Source: an uncultured delta proteobacterium (GTDB lineage Bacteria > Desulfobacterota > Syntrophobacteria > BM002). From it: a stretch of 22,668 nucleotides of DNA. Position numbers and translations under genes: made by a program. Under the pieces are notes generated by a model. That model did not search any database. It was given only the letters and a program-made list of their open reading frames with translations, and was not told the origin of the DNA. The stretch is taken from assembly GCA_963712115.1 (NCBI GenBank), contig CAVQGX010000068.1:1-22668 (forward strand), given 5' to 3'. Every line of letters starts with the position of its first letter. The first letter of the stretch is position 1. Positions 16,390 through 22,668 of this stretch are shown piece after piece.

Positions 16390-17481
16390 ATGCCTACATG
16401 GCCATATCGATACCAACTGAGTCTACAAGACCGATTGCGGCGCTCGGTCTACGAAGTGCTCAGAGACCAAATGGACGTGTACCTGATTCAGCACGCTCTG
16501 GTCGATTCATACTGGAAATTCTGCGAGGCCGGAGAAGCTTATCCTTTCGTGCCTAAGAGAGAGCTTAAACCCCGGGCCAGGGTTATGGAAAAAGAGCACG
16601 TGAACCACAACCACTTTCTGGTGATGTTCTGTGAAGGGACCATTCCGGGTCGTTACAAGAAATATATTCGTTTTTTCGATTCCAATAAGGTTACCAAGGA
16701 AGGAATCTTGGAGTTCCCTCAGGTTCGGTTGCACAAAAAATACACGAAAAACCTCAGATATTTCGAGAATCCCAGTTTTGAGAGTTTTGTACTGGGCCTC
16801 TTGCCGGTGGATTATGCCCTGCTCATTCAGAGGGATCCGTCCATCAAGACCCGAACCCGCTATGCCATGACCCATTTCCGCGTGAAGATAGACTGGCCCA
16901 TTGACAACGCCACTGAAGAGATGGGGCAGCAACTTCGCTATATCGGCAAGGATCTATACGAGATGGGTGAGAAGTACGCCGAGAGCATGAATAACAAGCT
17001 TTTCGAAAACTATGCATTCCATTATGCCGTGGGTGGACGCCGCACCGCTGCGGTGGTTGCTGCCCAGTTTCTCAAGAAGATGGAATTCATCTCGACGGTT
17101 TACGTCGCCAGTTCAGAGTCACGCACTCTTACGCGCCTTAGCGAACGTGGTGTGAGTAGATTTGTGCTGATTAAGCTGCCCATGGAGGAGGTTTTGCGGC
17201 TGGCGGCGGAAAGTCACATGCAGTTTGACAATTTCGTGGAACGTTTCCTGATCAACCTTGAGGATGACTATGGGGTGGGCGTCTTCCAGGTGGTATATAG
17301 CAATACGATCCATTCAAAGCCACCCGAGGATGGCAAGTTGCGAGAGCTGAAGCCAGATTTTCAGTGGCTGACTGTGAGTGATCAGCTAATCGTTCCGCTA
17401 CGTGGCATCACAGACATATATCCCATCCCTTACAGCACCATCTACACTCCTGAGATAGGTGATACCGAACACTCCTTGTAA
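16390..17481 (+). CDS. Hypothetical protein (363 aa, soluble)
   Basis: Long ORF with a GAGGAG RBS and a strong upstream promoter. No family motif recognised. Confidence 0.85.
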   Translation: MPTWPYRYQLSLQDRLRRSVYEVLRDQMDVYLIQHALVDSYWKFCEAGEAYPFVPKRELKPRARVMEKEHVNHNHFLVMFCEGTIPGRYKKYIRFFDSNKVTKEGILEFPQVRLHKKYTKNLRYFENPSFESFVLGLLPVDYALLIQRDPSIKTRTRYAMTHFRVKIDWPIDNATEEMGQQLRYIGKDLYEMGEKYAESMNNKLFENYAFHYAVGGRRTAAVVAAQFLKKMEFISTVYVASSESRTLTRLSERGVSRFVLIKLPMEEVLRLAAESHMQFDNFVERFLINLEDDYGVGVFQVVYSNTIHSKPPEDGKLRELKPDFQWLTVSDQLIVPLRGITDIYPIPYSTIYTPEIGDTEHSL

Positions 17482-17610
17482 CCCCTATTTAAGTCAGCTT
17501 TCGCTGGCATTTCATCTCTCTAGTGAAGAGTATTGACTAATCCCCTACTTCTGTATTACCTATGAGTGCCTAATGCAAGGGCTGCCCCCTATTCCAAGAG
17601 ACAGAAACTG

Positions 17611-18993
17611 ATGGCGAATCCGATGAAAATCCGGCGGAGCCGGTTAATTACTCCAGTTAATCTACCGATCCTTAGCTTTGCTGGCCTGATCCTAATTGGT
17701 GCCCTCCTGTTAATGCTACCGGCCGCAGCCAACGGACCCCGACTCGGCTTTGTGGATGGGCTTTTTACTGCCACCTCGGCAACCTGTGTTACCGGCCTGG
17801 TTGTGGTTGATACCGGTAGCAAATTGAGCCTCTTTGGTCAGTGGGTGGTGTTGGTGCTCATCCAGTGCGGCGGCCTGGGCATAATGACCTTCTCCACCGT
17901 GCTTATACTGGTTGTGACCGGCAGGTTTTCCTTCATGCAGCGGAGCGTGGTTCAGGACTCCTTCACCCATGGCCCCGATACCGGACTCCCTTCCTTGGTC
18001 CGCCACGTGGTGCTGTTCACCCTGCTCCTGGAAGCTGCTGGCGCTGCCATACTCTTCCTTCGATTTTCTGAGATCTACCATCCGGCCAGGGCCCTTTACT
18101 TTGCCGTTTTCCATGCAATAAGCGCTTTCTGCAACGCCGGATTCTGCTTATATGCACAGAGCCTTATGGACTTCAGCGGGGATCCACTGGTAAGTCTGAC
18201 CGTGGCTTTCTTGATCATTTTCGGCGGCATAGGGTTCTTGGTCCTTCTGGAGTTGAAGAGGCTCTTTTCCAGTCGCAACCGAACCAGGCACTCCAGGCGG
18301 GTGTCAGTCCATTCCAAGTTGGTCCTGACCCTGACAGTCATCCTACTTGCAGGCGGCACAGCGGGATTTTTATTCTCTGAGTGGAACCACTCCATGGCTG
18401 GCCTGGCAGTGCCCAGCAAAGTTCTGGCGGCTTTTTTTCAATCAGTTACCGCTAGGACCGCGGGATTCAATACCCTGGATTTTGGCAAAATGGCGAATTT
18501 CACCCTGCTCTTCACTATCCTGCTCATGTTCATAGGAGCGGCTTCGGGATCTACCGCCGGAGGTATTAAAGTTAACACCCTGGGAGTTCTCTTCGCCATC
18601 AGCCGTTCACGGTTAAGGGGTGAGGAAGGGACAAGCATATTTCGCCGGTCCTTGTCACCAGAGACAGTTGGTCGAGCCATTTCGGTTTTCGTTTTAGCGG
18701 TTGTGTTAATCTACGCTGCCACCATGGCTCTGACAGTTAGTGAGTTGGGTACTACCATACACCAGGAGAGCAGGGGACTTTTCCTTGAACTCCTTTTTGA
18801 GGTAGTCTCTGCCTTCGGTACTGTGGGACTGAGTGTGGGGATTACCCCGCAGTTAAGCAGTGTTGGCAAGCTCATCATCGTCCTGGTGATGTTTTTAGGA
18901 AGGCTGGGACCATTATCCATTGCCGTGGCTTTGACCGGAAAAGAACCCAGGTCCCGATTTCAGTACGCGGAAGAAAATGTCATGATCGGTTGA
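17611..18993 (+). CDS. ktrB: Ktr/Trk potassium uptake system membrane subunit (KtrB/TrkH family)
   Basis: Four pore-loop motifs (ATSATCVTGL, AISAFCNAGF, SVTARTAGF, VVSAFGTVGLS), GSTAGGIKV, MFLGRLGP and C-terminal EENVMIG. The start is uncertain (17566 GTG, 17611 ATG or 17623 ATG). Confidence 0.92.
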   Translation: MANPMKIRRSRLITPVNLPILSFAGLILIGALLLMLPAAANGPRLGFVDGLFTATSATCVTGLVVVDTGSKLSLFGQWVVLVLIQCGGLGIMTFSTVLILVVTGRFSFMQRSVVQDSFTHGPDTGLPSLVRHVVLFTLLLEAAGAAILFLRFSEIYHPARALYFAVFHAISAFCNAGFCLYAQSLMDFSGDPLVSLTVAFLIIFGGIGFLVLLELKRLFSSRNRTRHSRRVSVHSKLVLTLTVILLAGGTAGFLFSEWNHSMAGLAVPSKVLAAFFQSVTARTAGFNTLDFGKMANFTLLFTILLMFIGAASGSTAGGIKVNTLGVLFAISRSRLRGEEGTSIFRRSLSPETVGRAISVFVLAVVLIYAATMALTVSELGTTIHQESRGLFLELLFEVVSAFGTVGLSVGITPQLSSVGKLIIVLVMFLGRLGPLSIAVALTGKEPRSRFQYAEENVMIG

Positions 18994-19060
18994 GCACAGT
19001 AGGGCTAGCCCGGATAAGGTCCACACCTGCCAGATAAACGTCTTATAGGGGATATACATC

Positions 19061-19714
19061 ATGAAACAATTTGCTGTCATCGGCATTGGCAATTTTGGCT
19101 ACTATCTTGGGCGTCATCTCTACGAGAAAGGGCATGAAGTTCTGGCCCTGGACATCAACAAAGGCCAGGTGCAAAAGATCAAAGAAGTGGTGAGCCAGGC
19201 CGTGATCGTCGACGCCACCGATCGGGAAGCCCTGGAGGCGCTGGGAATCAGCCAGGTGGACGCGGCAGTCGTCTGTATAGGCACTAGGATGCAGGCGAGT
19301 ATCCTGGCAACATTGCACCTGAAAGATCTTGGCATAAAAAGAATCCTCGCCAAGGCAACCAGTGAAGAGCACGGACGCATATTGAGGAAAGTCGGTGCCA
19401 CCGAGATCCTTTTTCCCGAGAAAGACCTGGCCATAGGGGTTGCAAGTCGATTGGACAATCCGAATATGTTGGACTATCTGCCCTTCATCGAAGGTTACAG
19501 CATTGTGGAACTTGCTCCTCCCAAGGATTTTGTGGGTAAAAAACTTAAAGAGCTTGATCTGATCAATCGCTTCTCTGTTCAGGTACTGGCCGTCAAGGAG
19601 ATTCTGCCAAAGGGGTTGGTTCTCATACCAAAGGCTGATTTTGTAATAAAAGACAGCGACGCCCTCATTGTTTTGGGCCCTGATGAGACCCTCAAAGAGT
19701 TACAGGAGGCATAG
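19061..19714 (+). CDS. ktrA: Ktr/Trk potassium uptake regulatory subunit (KtrA/TrkA family, RCK_N + RCK_C)
   Basis: Rossmann motif MKQFAVIGIGNFG, AKA...HGRILRKVGA..I.FPE and a C-terminal RCK_C domain. Directly follows ktrB. Confidence 0.93.
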   Translation: MKQFAVIGIGNFGYYLGRHLYEKGHEVLALDINKGQVQKIKEVVSQAVIVDATDREALEALGISQVDAAVVCIGTRMQASILATLHLKDLGIKRILAKATSEEHGRILRKVGATEILFPEKDLAIGVASRLDNPNMLDYLPFIEGYSIVELAPPKDFVGKKLKELDLINRFSVQVLAVKEILPKGLVLIPKADFVIKDSDALIVLGPDETLKELQEA

Positions 19715-19725
19715 GGTATATTCAG

Positions 19726-20101
19726 CTAGCAGCAGGCAGCTGTTTCAACTAGGCACCACTGCTTAGCTCTGGTAGAGCTTCACGTCATTTTGGCTTCGCC
19801 GTCATTAGGTCACTACGCTTCGCTGTCATTCGTTGTAATAGGTAGGAGCCTTCAAATCGGAAGTGAGTCTTGCGAATTGAACGGTTTCAACCCGCCCGCC
19901 TCGCCTGAGCGGCCCGTCCACCTAGGCTGAAGCCTCGCAATGCCGATAGGGCTCGCGATGGCGGGCAGGCGACTTCAACGGTTTTAACGCTTTTAACGAA
20001 TTAACTAATTCTCTAATCAACTAATTGACAAAACTCTATGCCCCATTCACCAAGCCCTATGCTTTTTTAAATCCGCGATTCGAAATCCGAAATCCGAAAT
20101 T
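19726..20101. repeat. Mosaic of short-period degenerate repeats between convergent ktrA and mltD
   Basis: GCTTCGC(C/T)GTCATT direct repeats, 9-mers of the AACGGTTTC/AACGACTTC/AACGGTTTT/AACGCTTTT type, AACTAATT units, CTATGC units and AAATCCG heptamers. Confidence 0.7.
19891..19969 (+). repeat. REP/MITE-like palindromic element, copy 3, with internal insertion
   Basis: Identical to copy 1 except for 39 extra bp in the centre. Confidence 0.85.
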
Positions 20102-20125
20102 ACAAAAGTGCCTAGTTGTTTTAAT

Positions 20126-21784
20126 CTAGCGGGTGTTGGTTTGGACAAGGATCATCTGGCCTGTTTGGAGTAGATTGGATTGGATTTGGTTTAGAGCCTT
20201 GATCTTGGCCACAGTGGTGTTGAAACGCTGGGCAATAAGCCAAAGCGAATCTCCTCTCTTGACCGTGTAGTTGATGGTAGATTCTGGGTTGGAGGGGGGG
20301 GTGTTGCTCGCCAAAATAATCTGACCACGAAGTGGTATCTTCAAGCGCTGGCCCGTCCTGATGCGACTGGCACTGCGCAAATCATTGGCGTGCACAATGT
20401 GCCTGACCGGCACCCGATATTTCAAGGCGATTCCCGAAAGGGTCTCACCAAAGCGTACCCGGTGGACCACGTAAGCGCGTTGAGGTGGTTTCCACTGGGG
20501 AATCTGCTCTAGATTTGCCAGAAACATCTCGCTGGTCTCTAGAGGTAAATTGAGCATGAATGGGTAATTTGGTGTAGCCTTGTAGCGCAAAGAAGGATTA
20601 AGGTCCTCTAAGGTCTTTTGCGGTATATCCAGAGTCCGGGCGACGTCGCTTAACCTCATCTGTTTGTTGACTTGGACCTTTTCGCTCTTCAAGGGCTCAT
20701 CTTGCTCCAATTCAGTAAAACCGTACTTCTCAGGATCCTTGATAATATGGAGTGCCGCGAGAAAACGGGGCACATAACGGGCGGTCTCCAACGGCAGCCT
20801 GGGGTAAAGATCCCAGAAATCATCCAAATAGTTTACATGCTGCTGGCGAATCACCCGCAGCACGTTCCCCTCGCCACAGTTGTAAGCTGCCAGCACGGTA
20901 GTCCAGTCGCCGAAGAGATCGTGGAGAACCTTGAGGTAAGTAATGGCGGCCTGGGTTGAACGCTCGGGGTCCATGCGATCATCCACCCAGCGATCGCGAC
21001 GCAGATCATAACGGTAGGCGGTGGAGGCGATGAATTGCCAAAGTCCCAAAGCTCTGGCCTTGGAGAAGGCCTTGGTTTTAAAACCGCTTTCGATTAGTGG
21101 CAGCCAGGAGAGACCTACAGGAAGACCAGCCTTCTGCATCTCTTCCACGATATAAGGCCTGTACCTGCCTGAGAGTCGGTAGGAGTCGATGAAGAAGTTT
21201 CTTTCGGATGTCTGAAAGCGTTTTATTTCCCTGTCCACATACTGGTTCATGGCCAAAGGAATTTCCCTGCTGCGGCCCATTTGGGGGTGGGACCTGGAGG
21301 CGTAGATCTCCAGAATTCGTTTGGAGATGAGTAAGCGGAGGTCCTCCTTTTGCTGGGTGATCTCAGGGTTCTCTTCGTTCTGGATTGAGCAGATGATTAG
21401 GTAACTCTGATCAAGAGACTCTATCGCTTTATCCGGTTCCCCACTATTCCAGGATTCCAGTGCTTCCTGATAGTAGTACAAGGCGTCGTCAATGCGCTTC
21501 TGGTCAGTGTATGGCTCCTCTTCGGGGTCGACTCCTTCCACCTCTTTGGCAAGCATATCCACTGGCGATGCCCCATTTGCCGGACTATCCTCTTGGGCAA
21601 CCGATGAAGCCAGAAGATTCACCTCCCCGTCGGTGGAATTGGAAAGCTTGTCTTTTTCCAGATAGGATGTTTCTTGGTTTGTAGGTTGGGAACCCTCCCC
21701 GGGCCTTTGAATAAGTCCAGACGGAGTGCAAGAGAGGATGTAGAATAACAGGCCAAACAGAGCTAGGCAAACAGCGCGTGGCAT
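20126..21784 (-). CDS. mltD: Membrane-bound lytic murein transglycosylase D-like lipoprotein (SLT + LysM domains)
   Basis: ILSC lipobox. SLT motifs LPLIESGF, ALGLWQFI, LAAYNCGEG and LPLETARYVP. LysM repeats HRVRFGETLSGIA and YTVKRGDSLWLIA. Confidence 0.88.
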   Translation of the reverse strand: MPRAVCLALFGLLFYILSCTPSGLIQRPGEGSQPTNQETSYLEKDKLSNSTDGEVNLLASSVAQEDSPANGASPVDMLAKEVEGVDPEEEPYTDQKRIDDALYYYQEALESWNSGEPDKAIESLDQSYLIICSIQNEENPEITQQKEDLRLLISKRILEIYASRSHPQMGRSREIPLAMNQYVDREIKRFQTSERNFFIDSYRLSGRYRPYIVEEMQKAGLPVGLSWLPLIESGFKTKAFSKARALGLWQFIASTAYRYDLRRDRWVDDRMDPERSTQAAITYLKVLHDLFGDWTTVLAAYNCGEGNVLRVIRQQHVNYLDDFWDLYPRLPLETARYVPRFLAALHIIKDPEKYGFTELEQDEPLKSEKVQVNKQMRLSDVARTLDIPQKTLEDLNPSLRYKATPNYPFMLNLPLETSEMFLANLEQIPQWKPPQRAYVVHRVRFGETLSGIALKYRVPVRHIVHANDLRSASRIRTGQRLKIPLRGQIILASNTPPSNPESTINYTVKRGDSLWLIAQRFNTTVAKIKALNQIQSNLLQTGQMILVQTNTR

Positions 21785-22092
21785 AGGAAAAAGACCTCTT
21801 CATCGAGAGTTTTTAATGATCGCGAAGGGATTTGGCGACCAGATGATGCATGATTAATGCCAAATTTCTGGCTGTGCTCGAGTAGGGCTTTGCTTTGAAA
21901 CAGCGGCCACTTTAGCAAAAATCTTGCGAAAATTCTACAAGAAATACTTTTTCGTGGCATTGATTAGACTGCCGTTTTTTTTCACCATCTGACACTTTTG
22001 GACCGCGAATGAGCTGGATTGTAGCACCTGTCATGTAGGTCTCCAAGCCTTAACTGCATAAAAATAAAAAGAAAAATTTCTAATTTCTTAAA

Positions 22093-22109
22093 TTGGCACG
22101 ATCCTTTCA
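22093..22109 (+). promoter_or_regulatory. Putative sigma54 (-24/-12) promoter
   Basis: TTGGCACG-ATCC-TTTCA: a perfect -24 element with correct spacing and a variant -12 (TTTC for TTGC), preceded by an A/T-rich tract. Confidence 0.55.
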
Positions 22110-22208
22110 ATTGAAACAAGCTGGGGGAGGCGCATAGAGATTGCCATAACAGCAGGTGATCCTGTAAATTACCCCAGGGAGGTTTTCTCTGGAAGGCAGG
22201 AGGATGAA

Positions 22209-22556
22209 ATGAGCTCCCCCAACTTTGCCCAGCGCCGTAAATACCGGAGAGTCGAAGTGCAATGGCCCGTCACCATGATGACCCCTGAAGGGGATATGGA
22301 CGGCACTATAGAGAATATAAGTGCTGGTGGTGCCTATATCCGCTGTGGCACCCTATTGTCCAAAAATGACCTCTTCATACTCTCCATCATGATTAAAGAC
22401 CGAGAAGAGTCGTGGCTAGGGGCAGAGGTAGTGTGGGTAGATATTCCCCTCTCGCCCGACACAGAAGCAATACCCATTGGCATGGGAATTCGCTTTACAA
22501 ACCTCACAGCAGAGGATTTCCGGTTTTTGACCGATGCAGTTGCTAAACACAGTTAA
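22209..22556 (+). CDS. Single-domain PilZ protein (c-di-GMP receptor)
   Basis: RxxxR motif (QRRKYRR), NxSxGG motif (ENISAGGA), AEVVW and GMGIRF. AGGAGG RBS. Confidence 0.9.
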   Translation: MSSPNFAQRRKYRRVEVQWPVTMMTPEGDMDGTIENISAGGAYIRCGTLLSKNDLFILSIMIKDREESWLGAEVVWVDIPLSPDTEAIPIGMGIRFTNLTAEDFRFLTDAVAKHS

Positions 22557-22668
22557 TCCGGAGGAGTCAGAATTATCGGCTTTGCAAATTGCGGGGGGGT
22601 GAGAACTGCAGCCGTCCAATAAAATAAATTGTAAAGAGACAAGCTCTCACTTTTCTACAAACTTGCCA

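Noticed and set aside
22129-22166. Fluoride (crcB) riboswitch resemblance (GGCG...GCCAUAAC)
   Set aside because: It lacks the conserved GAUG, the GCU-AUGAC segment and the complementary pseudoknot pairing, and the downstream gene is not fluoride related.

Overview
The window is chromosomal, mostly housekeeping DNA. Gene content and intergenic repeat style suggest an anaerobic Desulfobacterota/'deltaproteobacterium'; that assignment is inference only. Genes in order: a large membrane protein with a spermidine-synthase/SAM-methyltransferase-like domain and pcm with an N-terminal export/anchor signal (both -); a 44-aa Cys-rich acidic ORF missing from the ORF track (+), which has its own promoter, RBS and terminator and converges on a candidate ~76-nt hairpin ncRNA (-); pckG (-); a nitroreductase (+); an operon of three predicted lipoproteins (-); a translationally coupled NIL-ferredoxin/mnmA/mtaB operon (-); an Xaa-Pro peptidase and fumC (+); two hypothetical proteins (+); ktrB/ktrA (+); an MltD-like lytic transglycosylase (-); and a PilZ protein behind a probable sigma54 promoter (+). 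Several spacers hold degenerate 7-9-bp tandem tracts, often as inverted arms. Three copies of a ~40-bp GC-rich REP-like palindrome sit inside such tracts, and one copy carries a nested insertion. I saw no rRNA, tRNA, CRISPR array or transposase. All calls come from reading the sequence by eye; no database search was run.
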